Source: Eledone cirrhosa
Lineage: Eukaryota
Direction: 5' to 3'
Length of the DNA: 64,000 nt
Assembly (NCBI GenBank): GCA_964016885.1
Contig: OZ024740.1
Coordinates: forward strand, 56,668,001-56,732,000
Every line of letters starts with the position of its first letter. The first letter of the stretch is position 1. This document shows, in pieces, positions 43,246 through 55,848 of this stretch. Both the position numbers and the translations under genes were made by a program. The notes under the pieces were generated by a model, which was given only the letters and a program-made list of their open reading frames with translations, made no database searches and was not told where the DNA came from.

Positions 43246-43436
43246 ATGTGGGTGTGTATGAATTAACTTTTTGCATAACTTCTGAGGAAGACGGGGATGA
43301 GATGGTACTAGGATATCGTGATTGGTAATTGGTGGTGGCATAACCATTCTCTATTAGTCAATATATCGATTTATTATGTTCAATCAACACACTGAAACTA
43401 TCGTAATACAAGGAACTAATTAAAAACCTATATTTT

Positions 43437-43535
<99 letters not shown>

Positions 43536-43539
43536 GTAA

Positions 43540-44600
43540 TCTGAGTTTTTCGAATATTAATGATAATATTCGATTCGTTCGCAATTATGCAAAGAAGTCT
43601 CATTTTTAAAGCCATGTCAGTAGAATGAGCCCCTCATTCTTGCTCTTGTGTTGGCATGTAAACAGAACTGCAGACACTAATGTCTCTAGGTATTACCCTT
43701 CATCAGTACAGTTCACTATTCACCTGCCAACTGTGAGAGCTAGTGAAAATATATGATATTTTCTAAAATATACAGTGACTGACGGCCTGATTTGTATATT
43801 AGCAGACTGGCTGATCAGTCAGATTTGCATATTAGCAGATCCACTGATCAGCCAGATTTGCATATCAGCCAGATTTGCATATTCAGCCATGTAGACCGAA
43901 AATCCTTATATATATATATATAAATTGGGATTAGGAGGGAATCTATGACAGAGTATTATTTTTATTATAGCCTTGAAAAGGGCTTTGATAAAGAGTAAAT
44001 ATCGAAAGATAGTGTCAACCTGTAAGCCTTCTTTATTTCCAACACCCTCCGCCTCACACATATATGTGTGTATGTTTGGCATTTACTTATTTGCTGCAAG
44101 AGTTTCACTTCATTGCTATTCCCAGTCTCCCGTGGCCATCGGTATTGGCAACTAGACCCCAGCATTAGTTTTAAAGGATCTTTCTCTTTTATTTGAAAAT
44201 AGTGTAGAAGTTCTGTGTGATGTAGCTTGCTGTTTATAACATCTTTTACAGACAGCTAGGCACCATGCATGAGACAAATTATAGTATGATCCTTTCGTCT
44301 TGTCCGTACAAAGAAACACACGAAATCCATCCTGATTGATAGATATCCCGTGTAAAACTATGATTGTCAATGAACACATTTTTCCTGCAATATTATGTTT
44401 CTCAATCCAAACGATTTCAATTCTGACGTAATATCTTAATAAACGATTGATATCATCAATCGTAAATTTGGCATATACAAGATAAGAACAGTAAAAAAAA
44501 AAATTTGTTTTCATATTCCTTATCGCTTCAAAGTTACTCGTTTTTTGTTGATGCTTTATTATGAATGAATCACTTTCCCCATATATTCTATTACACTTTT
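43540..44600 (-). mobile_element. Heavily decayed Penelope-like element remnant
   Basis: GIY-YIG-like remnant (..ETGNS.EV.L) near 44100-44140 upstream of a hammerhead motif at 43665-43714 on the same strand. Boundaries approximate. Confidence 0.4.
43665..43714 (-). ncRNA. Type I hammerhead motif with mutated core (GAAA to GAGA)
   Basis: GAACTGTA-CTGATGA-AGGGTAATACCTA-GAGA-CA(TTAG)TG-TC-TGCAGTTC: 8-bp stem I and GUC cleavage triplet. Confidence 0.55.
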
Positions 44601-45297
44601 ATTGTTTTTTTCTTTTCATTAGACTGCGGTCATGCTGCATCACGGCCTTAATTTTTAGCCGATCATATCGACCTCATTGTCTCTTTCTAATTCTGGTACA
44701 TATTTTATGGAACCACCAAGTTACGGAATATAAACACAGACATAGATACACTTGTAAACATAGATTCAGACACATGCTCACATATACGTGAATTTGTGTG
44801 TATTTATATATATATAGTAATAATGATAAATGTGAAGACTAAAATCCGAAGAGGGCTCGATAAGGATTATATATATATCAAATATATAAGAACCGTAGAC
44901 CAAATATTTATTAAAATAACAGATTAAAGTAAAGTATAAGCAAAGAATCGCTGCTTTCACCATTAACAGTTAAGGGTGAAAGCACCGATTCTTTGCTTAA
45001 ACTTTAATCTGTTATTTTAATATATTTATATATTTAATTATTTTTAAATTTTTTTACTCTCTAAAACATTTTTTTCCTCCCTTTTCTCTCCCGCCCCCAT
45101 TTTTAATGTCTTTTCACCACTCTCCCACACACCCTCGGAATTGTCTTCCTGCCCACTTTTCTCCTGATGAAGGGCTTATGCCCGAAACGTCGTTCCCCAC
45201 CCTTCACAGTCAAGCGTGAAACAAAAATTAACATTTGTACTGCCTCTTCACTTCCACGTTGTTTTTTTTTGTTTTCTGTTTACTGTCTTAACTTAAA

Positions 45298-45339
<42 letters not shown>

Positions 45340-45425
45340 ATGTGTGTGTATGTATGCGTGTTTGTGTATGTGTGTGTGTGTGTGTGCGTCCCTGCGCGCG
45401 CGCGTGTGTGCGTGTGCGTGTGCGT

Positions 45426-45467
<42 letters not shown>

Positions 45468-46095
45468 AAATAGGCGAGTATGACAGTCAAATACATAAAT
45501 ATGAACGTAGATATTCCTAGAGCAAACGCACAGTAATTATCGAATGTTCCTATACGTAGATGATACACTCAGAAATCAAAGCCAACAATGAACAAAACAT
45601 CTAGTAGATGAGACTATCGAATTCAAATCTCGTAACTAATATATTAGTTAAAATATAGCTAATCAAGAACTAAATGCTATAACCAAGACATACCCCATAA
45701 TCCCTACCTCAGATATCATTTATATTTCCCAACCACTAATCCGTTCTAAATATGAATGTTGGGGACACAGACTTTTTCCAGCTGCAGCCGTCATATTATG
45801 CAGTTTCTGTATAATAGTAGACATTAAACAATATCTATGATTATCTGCAGCGAGTACGACCCAGTTGCGTCATAATCTACATCAACTAGACCCATTTCCA
45901 TGACTAACAAATAGAATTGTTTAAATGCTAAAACGCTAGAACACCTAATAAAATGACATCTCTGCAATAATCGTTAGTCCCAAATAAACCCACCCTGAAC
46001 CATTTAAATTGCAAAGACGTATTAAATGCATAAGACATAACGTACTTTATAAACCTCAATACGAAAGCTAATTCAGAAACATTATGAAAGGAAAT

Positions 46096-49000
46096 TGTTG
46101 TATGGACTGGGAATCGAACTCACAACCTCATTGTTGTATGGACTGTTAAATTCGTTTTATTCAATTTACACGTGCTCACACATTTGCATATGAATCACGT
46201 GACCTGGGAAGTTAGTCAGCGTTGGTATTAAAAACTCGGTCACAGACTGCTGTGGCACTTACTTTATGTTATTCTGCTACTATGAGGAGGGGCGTTTTGG
46301 TTGTTTCGTACAATACACTAATTTTTGATATAACTCGTTGTGTTTTCTCTGCGAGTACCGAGAGGAAAAAACAATTTATTGGCGTCGCCGGTATGATTTA
46401 CCTACATTGCCGATAGGATTTACCTACATTGCCGATAGGATTTACCTACATCGCCGGTAGGATTTACCTACATTGCCGATAGGATTTACCTACATTGCCG
46501 ATAGGATTTACCTACATTGCCAATAGGATTTACCTACATTGCCGATAGGATTTACCTACATTGCCGGGAAATTGTTTATCATAAAAACATGGCGGAACAA
46601 CAAACAGCGGAGCTAATAAAGTTGTTTAGAGAACAGATGGAACAACAAATGCAACAACAGAAGAAAGATATGGACACTCTGATAAAACTGTTTGGTGCTC
46701 GAGATTCTGAACAACAGAGTTTATTGGCGTCGCCAGTTGCTTCGATACCAACAGCATTCATCCCACCATTTGCTGCTTTTGATTCAACAACAGAACTATG
46801 GCCTGATTACTGGTCAAGATTTTGCACGTTTGTGGCTGCTAACGCTGTACCCGAGCAACGCATGACACAAGTGTTCCTGACTAATCAGACGGCTGCTATC
46901 TACAAACAATTTGCAAATCTGGCTGCTCAACAAAATCCGCCTAAGGATATCAACAAGTTGACAATGGACGAAATTGTTGACTTCATGAAAGAACAGTTCG
47001 ACCCAAAACTTTTCATTGTGAGAGAACGTTTCAAGTTCTGGAGTGACATGCAACGGAAACCAGGCGAAACTTTCCAGGAGCTGGCAGCACGTATACGTCA
47101 GGATGCAGCTACCTGTGATTTTCCTTGGATCACAAATCCACAAGATGAAGCGCTAAGACAGAGATTTATATGTTCTGTCAATAATGAATCTGTTTTTAAG
47201 GCTATTTTCAAGATCAAGGATACAGAACTAGATTTCGCCCGTGCTGTCCAAGTTGCCATCGGGACCGAAGACGCAGCAAAGGTTGCCAAGGAAACTGTTT
47301 ACGGTTCCAAAACCAAGCTAGTCTACAAGGTCCAGCAGAACAAGAATAAGGGTCCTCGAAAGAACCAGCAGCAGTCTTATTCCACAGACCAGGAGATGTG
47401 CTACCGATGTGGAAAGGCCCACAAAGCGACAGACTGCCCCTTCAAAGAAGCCAAATGTCATTTTTGTGACAAAAAGGGACATTTGCAAGCGGTGTGTAGA
47501 AAGAAACAACATAAGCAACGTAATCATCGCTCACAGAATTACGTTAAAAGAATCACGAAAGCTGAGCTAGTCAAGGCGATCCTTGGTGAAGTTCCCCACG
47601 ATACTAATAGTTTGAATGTGCCAATAACAATCCAGAACAGACTTTTCACAATGGAATTGGACACAGCTACTACAGGCAATTTTGTTTCCTTGTCAGTTTG
47701 GAAACAATTAGGAAAACCGAAGCTGCAAGATGTCAACCATCGGTTTGAATCTGCCAGCAAGCACGAGCTGCCCGTTCTGGGAACTTTCATGGGCCAAACC
47801 AAGGATCCAACGAACGGTAAACGGAATTCAATACCCTACATCGTCACCAAGATCCCTGATCTTAATTTGCTGGGACGAAACGCTATCCAGACTCTGGGAA
47901 TTTCCGTGGACAATGCTCTAGGATTGAAAAGCATAGACAGCCAGGCCAAGAGTGAGGGTGCAGAAGTGATGCATCCAAAGACCTCAAATGAGCCCTATAT
48001 TTCCATGCAACGAGATTGTCACAACATGTGTGATGAATTCCCAGATCTCTTCAAGCAAGAATTGGGATGTCTTAATGACTTCGAACTGGAAGTGAAGTTC
48101 AAGTCGGACGCGACACCGGTCTTTCACAAGGCACGCCCGGTCCCGTTTGCTCTTCGTGATGACCTGGCCAAAGGTTACGAAGAAGGCATCGCCAAAGGAA
48201 TCTGGAAGCCAGTACAGTTCAACGAATACGGAACGCCAGTGGTACCGATTCGTAAAGCACATACTTCAGGCAACCTGAAGCCCAAACTACAGATTTGTGG
48301 TGACTACTCTGTGAGAATTAATGACCAACTTGCAGATCATCGTCATCCAATGCCACTCCCAGAGGAACTGATGCAGAAGCTCGGAGGTGGATTCGGATAC
48401 ACAAAGATTGATCTTGCTGATGCCTATAATCAGATCAAGCTGGCTCCAGAAAGTCAACGCAGGCTTGCACTCGGCACTCACCGTGGGGTGCTCCTGCAGG
48501 AACGACTCCCTTTCGGAATCAAGTCAGCAACTGGTTACTTTCAGGAGATCATGGAAAACTTGACTCAAGATCTACCTGGTGTGGCCGTCTTCCAAGACGA
48601 CATGCTCGTCAGTGGGAAAGATGCAAACGATCACCTGAACAACCTAAAGTGTCTGCTCACACGTCTGTGCGACAAAGGACTCAGATGTCGCCGTGACAAG
48701 TGCCAGTTTGCACTACCCAGTGTGGAATACCTTGGACACACCTTGTCGGCTGAAGGGATCGCGAAGGGATCCAAGGTCGAAGCAGTTTTAAAGATGCCAC
48801 CTCCAACGAACGTCTCAAGCTTGAAGTCTTTCCTGGGTTCAGTTCAGTTCTATGGAAAGTTTATCCCAAACCTGGCCAGCATGGCAGAGCCACTCTATTG
48901 CCTTACGAAAAAAAACGACTACTTGGAAGTGGGGAGATGAAGAACAGTCAGCTTTCGATCAGTCGAAAAATGTGCTTTCATCGGATCGAGTTCTGATACA

Positions 49001-51119
49001 CTTCTATCCAAACAAAACTTTGGGACTGGCTTGGGACGCGTCAAACGTTGGTATTGGAGCAGTCCTGTTTCATCGCTATACTGATGGAAGCGAGCGCCCA
49101 ATATCCAATGTGTCCAAGACTCTTACTTCTGCACAGCCTAACTACGGCCAAATTCAAAAGGAAGCCCTGGCCATCATATTTGGCTTGCAGAAGTTCTATC
49201 AGTATCTGTACGGACATCAGTTTAATACTCGTAACTGACCACAAGCCACTGATATCACTGTTCAGTCCGAGGAAAGGGACGCCACTTCTCGCTGCTAACC
49301 GACTAGCACGGTGGGCCCTGTGGCTGAACCAGTTTAACTACACCATCCAATATCAGAAAACAGCGGATCATGGCAATGCAGATGCCCTCAGTCGCTTGCC
49401 ATTTGGTAATGACATCGACTTTGACAGGAAGGAAAATGGTGAAGACATGGACATGGTGTGCGCCATCAAAGCTCTCAGTCTTCAAGTCGAGAGTCAGGGA
49501 AAGATCCAGTGATATCTACAGTGATACGCTACGTCCGTGAAGGCTGGCCACCAAAGAATACTGAGATCAATGACGAAGTCAATAAGTTCCGGAAGTTATC
49601 GGATTCACTCAGTATCTGCCACGGATGCCTTATCCATGGATCGAGAGTTGTGATTCCACATAGCTTACAGCCAAAGATCCTCAATCTTCTGCATCTCGGA
49701 CACTTTGGCATGGAGCGCATGAAACAATTGGCAAGAACTGCTGTTTATTATCCTGGTATAGATGCTGCTATAGAGAAAACCAGTCGACAATGTGATTCGT
49801 GTGGTGAACATCAAAACCAGCCATCCAAGTCTCCAGTTCACCCATGAATGTTACCTGAAAAGCCGTGGAGCCGCTTACACCTGGACCACGCAATAAATTT
49901 CATGGGCAGTAATTGGTTGGTGATCACGGATGCTTATTCCAAGTATCCATGCATTCATCCTACGTCATCCACGTCCTCCAGAGCCACTTTAGATCTGCTT
50001 GAAGAAGACTTTGCGCACTTCGGATTTCCTCACATGCTAGTCACCGATAACGCACCAACTTTTATTTCTGAGGAGTTCCAGAGCTGGTGCAAAGAACGTG
50101 GGATCACGCACCTGACAGCGGCACCTTACCACCCAGCTACCAACGGAGCAGCGGAACGTTTGGTGCAGACCTTCAAACAAGCTCTGAGGAAGACTTCTCT
50201 TCCGCCGAAGTGAGCACTTCAAGAGTTCTTGATGCAGTACCGGAGAACACCGACATCCAGTGGATTCTCTCCGAGTGAACTTTTGAATCACCGGCAGATA
50301 CGGACAAGGATTGATTCTCTGCTGCCCTCGCCAGCACACATCGCTCAAGGCAAGCAGTCTAAGGAAGCATATAAGTCTCAGATGACTCCGGACTCGGCAG
50401 GTGTCGCTAAGGTTACCAGGCAGTACAAGGCTGGAGATCCTGTGTATGCACTGTACTACGGACCTCGCCTAGACAAAGATCCCCGATGGGTACCAGCAAT
50501 CATTAAGAAGTCATTGGGTACTCGCTGCTTCAACGTGAAGGTCATACCCCATGGCCCGGTGTGGAGACGACACTGGGAACAGCTGCAACCGCGGTACACT
50601 ACTGAGGAAGACAATGAACTTGGTGATGCAGTAGACACTGTTTTTGAATTTGCAACAGATCACCCGATGGAGATCTCGGAAATCGTGCCACTAACTCCAA
50701 GACAGACCAGACCCAAGACCTTATTGCCCGTTCCAGAGTATGGACCAGACAATCGAAGACGGTCCAAGAGAACTCGTAAACCCCCAGAGAGACTTTGCTG
50801 TTGATGCTTCTTTTGTCGCATCAATTTCGGTGGGGAGGTGTTGTATGGACTGGGAATCGAACTCACAACCTCATTGTTGTATGGACTGTTAAATTCGTTT
50901 TATTCAATTTACACGTGCTCACACATTTGCATATGAATCACGTGACCTGGGCAGTCAGTCAGCGTTGGTATTAAAAACTCGGTCACAGACTGCTGCTGGC
51001 ACTTACTTTATGTTATTCTGCGACTATGAGGAGGGGCGTTTTGGTTGTTTCGTACAATACACTAATTATTTGATATAACTCGTTGTGTTTTCTCTGCGAG
51101 TACCGAGAGGAATACAACA
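46096..51119 (+). mobile_element. Full-length Ty3/Gypsy LTR retrotransposon, Mag-like; gag-pol 46589-50804 with a few frameshifts and stops
   Basis: LTRs 46096-46373 and 50839-51119 (TG..CA). TSD gaaat at 46091-46095 and 51120-51124. PBS tggcgtcgccggta, PPT ggtggggagg. Gag CYRC..H...C and CHFC..GH...C, protease LDTA, RT FQDD, RNase H DAS..QKEALA..TDH..NADALSR, integrase H..H/C..C and D,D,E. Confidence 0.96.
46387..46565 (+). repeat. 8 x 22-bp tandem repeat overlapping the Gypsy primer-binding site
   Basis: Unit gccg(a/g)taggatttacctacatt counted directly. Confidence 0.93.
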
Positions 51120-52340
51120 GAAATAACACAAGGAAACCTGAATCTCCTATACTCGACCAACAATGAAGAATCTCAAGGCTAAAATTATTGAAGTTAACCT
51201 AGGTAAATCATTAAAAAATTTATGTCTAAATGTAAAATAATAACTAAAAATATCCTGAAATAATTCAAATGGCTAACTAAATAATTAAATAGACTTGTTT
51301 AGGAGATAAACATTAAATTTAATCCTAAATTTTTAAACAAAGAATCTAAATAGATTAAAAAAGAAATGTCTACACGAAACAAAACGTTATTTAAACGAAT
51401 TAAAACATAAATAAAACTCTCTTAAACAATTGAATGAAACTATCAAACAAAATAGAATAAACATTAATGAAAATGAATAAAGAAATTTACTTCTTTTACG
51501 TGCTCACTCCTCGACGGACCTAAAGTAAACTAGCTTATACCGGAAGAAGAATCAGGGGAGTTAACTCTATCAACTTCCTTCTTTTACAAAAGAATTCATC
51601 ACCCCATACCTTGACCTTCAGCTTACCAATAAAAACGAAAATGTCAAGGCCTAAAATCATATGCTTTTAATGAGAGTTAAGCGCTAATCGAATACAAATA
51701 TCCATGAACTTCATCAAATGTACAAACAGTAGAATCTATAAATGGATTTTCTATATCAGTGGACCTCAGTTCACAAAGCATCAAGGGATTATATGAATAT
51801 ATGTAAATAGGCAAGTAGGACCGTTAAATAAATAAATCTTAACGTAGATATACCTAGAACAAACGCAAAGTAATTATTGAATGTCCCTATACGTAAATAA
51901 TACATTCCAGAAACAAAACCAACAATGAACAAAATATCTAGTGGATAATGACCATCGAATTCCAACCTCGCAAATAATACACTCATTAAAACAAAGCCAA
52001 TTAATAATTAAATGTTTATACTAGAAACAATATATCCTCCATAATCCCTACCTTAGACATCATCCATATTTCCCAAACACTAACCCGATTTAAATATAAA
52101 TATGGGGGAGAGGGACCTTTTCAAGCTGCAGCCGTCAAATATAGTGTAGTGAATTTCGTAAAACATATCTAAAATTAGCAAAGCACTTAGGTCGAGGAAC
52201 GAGTTTTAACATACACAATTGGTTAAATTTACATTTACTTATGTTGAATATGTGCATTTCACCGAGTAAGTTATCATCCTTTTCAGCTCGTCAGTTCACC
52301 ATTTTTGTCATGGATGTGGGGGGGGGGGGGGGGTATATAT

Positions 52341-52383
<43 letters not shown>

Positions 52384-52396
52384 TGACACACACAGA

Positions 52397-52435
<39 letters not shown>

Positions 52436-52448
52436 TGATACACACAGA

Positions 52449-52489
<41 letters not shown>

Positions 52490-52502
52490 TGATACACACA
52501 GA

Positions 52503-52577
<75 letters not shown>

Positions 52578-53068
52578 TTCAGAAATATATTAGTGCCAAG
52601 CAACAACAACAATTAACAAGAAAACTACTATGTGGTAACTTAACCTGCTAGAATTGCAACTGTGTTAAAAATGTGGTAGCTAAGATAATATTGGATAATA
52701 TATCAAATACACAATTGTCATGGATGGAATGCTTTGTTCATAGTTCTGCTTAGTCGACGCCAGATAAAAAGAAATGCGAAAAATATCTTACAGCATTGCT
52801 AACAACCATTTCATACTCTGTTTCAAAGGAAAGAAATATCTAGTTTCTCACACATACAAAATCTGTAGTTTAAAAGAAAAGGAAATAAAATATAATTATT
52901 TTATGTCATTTCTAAGAAGATTAGAGTCAAGAAGGAGGAATGATTATTTTCTTATCTCTAAAACATTTAGTTATGCACTCAAATCTCTATAACCCGAATT
53001 AGATTAACTACGGTATAAATATATTTTTATGATCACCGAATGATGTTTTAGTTTAAAATATGGCTTAC

Positions 53069-53162
53069 CCGAGATGGAGGGATTTCAACGAACGTGAAAG
53101 TTTCATTCCATTCTGGAGACGAACATTCCAAAATTGTTGTGGTTTCGAAAACTTGTGATTCA
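53069..53162 (-). CDS. RIM-family protein exon, mid C2A
   Basis: ctttcatag acceptor, gtaagc donor, 94 nt, phase 2->0. ESQVFETTTILECSSPEWNETFTFVEIPPSR contains the C2 P.WNETF motif. Confidence 0.9.
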
Positions 53163-53280
53163 CTATGAAAGAGGAAACAGACATTACGACTCTGTTGTGT
53201 TAATTTTATTGCAATAAATGTAAAAATCATGCAAATTAGTAGACATTTCCTAATCTTTTCATATTCAATTTAAAAATAAA

Positions 53281-54404
53281 TCTATATATATAAAACTGAG
53301 GTTGTCTGTCTGTCTATCGATTTTTGGCACACATCTCCTCTTAGAATCTCTCACGGAATTGCACCGAAATTGCTATACATTGAGCCCTAGCGAAGACATC
53401 GGAATAAAATATTTCAAATTGACCCGCCCTATCTGACGAAATCGAATATAATGTATCGATTTTTGAGCGTAAGTGATCAGTTATTTCCCTTTGTTCTGTT
53501 TACATTCAGCGTAGCGTCTTACGTTCTGTTTACATTTTCTGCGTGCAAAAATTAAAAAAATTACGCTGGCAAAAATTAAAAAAATTACGCTGGCTTTCTC
53601 AGCGTTTAAAATGACATTAACACAATACACGAACAGTTGTCGAGCCAGCAAAATTCATCAGTTCGAACACTAAACTTCCGTTTTGCTTCATTTCCATTTA
53701 AAAGCCTTTTAAAACAATATTTTTACTTGAAAACAAGTCTATTTAAAGACTACGTAAAACAAGCAAATATTTCGTAAAAAAAAGCAAAAATTATATAAGT
53801 TTATTTAAAATATATGTATCTGTAAATTTCGTTAGGCGTGCAGACAGACAGTCGTGCAGAGAGGTGATATACGCGTGCAGACAGACAGTCGTGCAGAGAG
53901 GTGATATAGGCGTGCAGACAGATAGTCATGCAGAGAGGTGATATAGGCGATTATTTCCCTTTTATGGAATGAGCAGACGATTAGCGAATGTGCAGACGAT
54001 TAAGTAAATCTTTAGTAGAGTGAATTGGAATCTCCAGTTTGTTTAATAGCTTCATTTGCACTGTACTGCCTTTGTATGCTACAACGCTTTAAAAGTTCGG
54101 CGAGTTCATTACTTCGTAAGTTATTGATATTTATTTTTTTATTACGACGGTTAGCAAACTTTCCCTATTAAACGTTTAAATTAATTTTACGGTCTTATAA
54201 GGCTGAATTTACTTTAATTCGGGTTATCGTTATGTTTTCTTAACTTCATAAGGCATATTGTTGGTTGAGGGAATATTAATCAAAAACACCACATGCAAGT
54301 CTGCACAGTAGACACTACAGTTTTTAAGCCAAAAAAGAAACTTAACATTGTAACTTTAACACAGCTACTGAGCGACCCCGAGCAACGCCGGGCTTTACTG
54401 CTAG
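53281..54404 (+). mobile_element. Non-autonomous Helitron
   Basis: A|TC start, cccgagcaacgccggg hairpin (54377-54392), CTAG|T end, no TSD. Internal 37-bp tandem x3 at about 53836-53947. Confidence 0.85.
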
Positions 54405-54765
54405 TATACTATATAATCACTTCGTTTTTGTAATTGTTTTGGAAGAATTTTTATGTGAGAACGCGTGTTGAAACATATATTGTTATACTTTTGCTACTAA
54501 TAAAAGCACACATACCAATTGAGTTTCACTTCCATTTGTCTTTAATAAAGACAAGATGGTGTAGAACAGAACAAAGAGGGGACACAAATTAACAAAAGTA
54601 GTCACTGAAGAGTTCACATATTCTGCGACGAAAGAGCTTGGCAATCAACAATTAAACAACCATCCGGTTATTAAACTAACTGACGAGAAATTATAATAAT
54701 GAATTGAAGTAAAATCCGCTGATGCGTGTGTTTTATAAGCAGCATGACAATCTCGAAGTATAACA

Positions 54766-54801
<36 letters not shown>

Positions 54802-55663
54802 AACAGAGATTCTTATCGATTATATCAATTGTAATCAATCAGTGATGATCCAGGTTAGTTTAAACCTTTCTGTATTTATCGTCGTTGCGATATACAGTAT
54901 ATATGGCCAGTGCCCTCGGTCGGTTTTCTTGGTGTCACACTTTATAACTTTTGTGTTTACTCCATAAAATATATATGTGACATTAATAAGTTAAACTATA
55001 AAGAGTAACTTAAATTAATGCGTTTTTAAATGAGATGTCTTAAGGAAAGGAAAATGCTATTTTTCGGAGATCTGACTTTTTTCAAAGATGTCTAAACAAG
55101 TCGATAAAATTAATTGCGTAATTGAAAGAATTGAAATAGATTCAACGGGGATTTAAACAAGTCATTAAATTCTATGACCACTATGAAATTATTTTTCTCT
55201 ACAGAAATCTTCTCATTTATATAGCAGAGATTTCTTTTAATAGGACACAAAATTTTATAAGAAAACATATCGACACAAGTTTCGAGGATTTTTTATGCAT
55301 CCATTTCCTCATTGGTATTAAAGAGTTTACTTAATCTTGTTTCAACAGTGAACATTAAGCATGTGATGGCTTCAACTTGATAGGGTATTTCATAACGATT
55401 TCTTCTACTGACATTAAAAATTATAGGTTTATAAGTGGAGGTACATGGGAGTGAGTAAAATCCAATCTTTTTTTCAAGGGCGTTACTGACCTATATTTAA
55501 TTAAATTACCAGATTTAGAAACCAAACAGCTTCACTTCACTAACTCACTATAGATTTTTCTGTAACAAACTATCGATTTTTTTAGACATCCATTTAGTTT
55601 GACTCGAAGAAGAGGAACAAGAGAGCAGTAGCTTTATTTTCAATAACAGAAAAAAATAATTAC

Positions 55664-55848
55664 ATTCTTTTGGGTAGCAGATGCAGCATAGCAACGGGGT
55701 TAGGTATTTTTCTCTCTGGTTTCTCTGGAGGAACTAAATTTATCACCTTTATCAACGTGACAAACAATTTCATTTGTTCTGGTTTGTAGTTAAGTTTCAT
55801 TTGTAAACGCCCTGTGATAAGGCGTGCGGTATCCTTCTTTATCTCCAG
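55664..55848 (-). CDS. RIM-family (RIMS/Fife-like) C2-domain protein, first exon seen in window; start of C2A
   Basis: tttttcag acceptor, gtaatt donor, 185 nt, phase 0->2. LEIKKDTARLITGRLQMKLNYKPEQMKLFVTLIKVINLVPPEKPERKIPNPVAMLHLLPKR resembles RIM C2A strands 1-3 (G.L..KL.Y....L.VT...NP.....LP.R). Confidence 0.88.

Larger units (their letters stand above)
45465..52137 (+). mobile_element. Older putative non-autonomous LTR element (diverged direct repeats 45465-45793 and 51802-52137) interrupted by the Gypsy element
   Basis: About 330-bp colinear diverged direct repeats, (t/c)gtaaatagg...gcagccgtca, with TG..CA-like ends. Confidence 0.55.

Noticed and set aside
46387-46565. 22-bp repeat array as a CRISPR
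   Set aside because: Units are contiguous with no spacers, no cas genes are present, and it lies in a eukaryotic LTR element leader.
53836-53947. 37-bp x3 repeat as a regulatory or CRISPR-like array
   Set aside because: Ordinary internal minisatellite of a non-autonomous Helitron.
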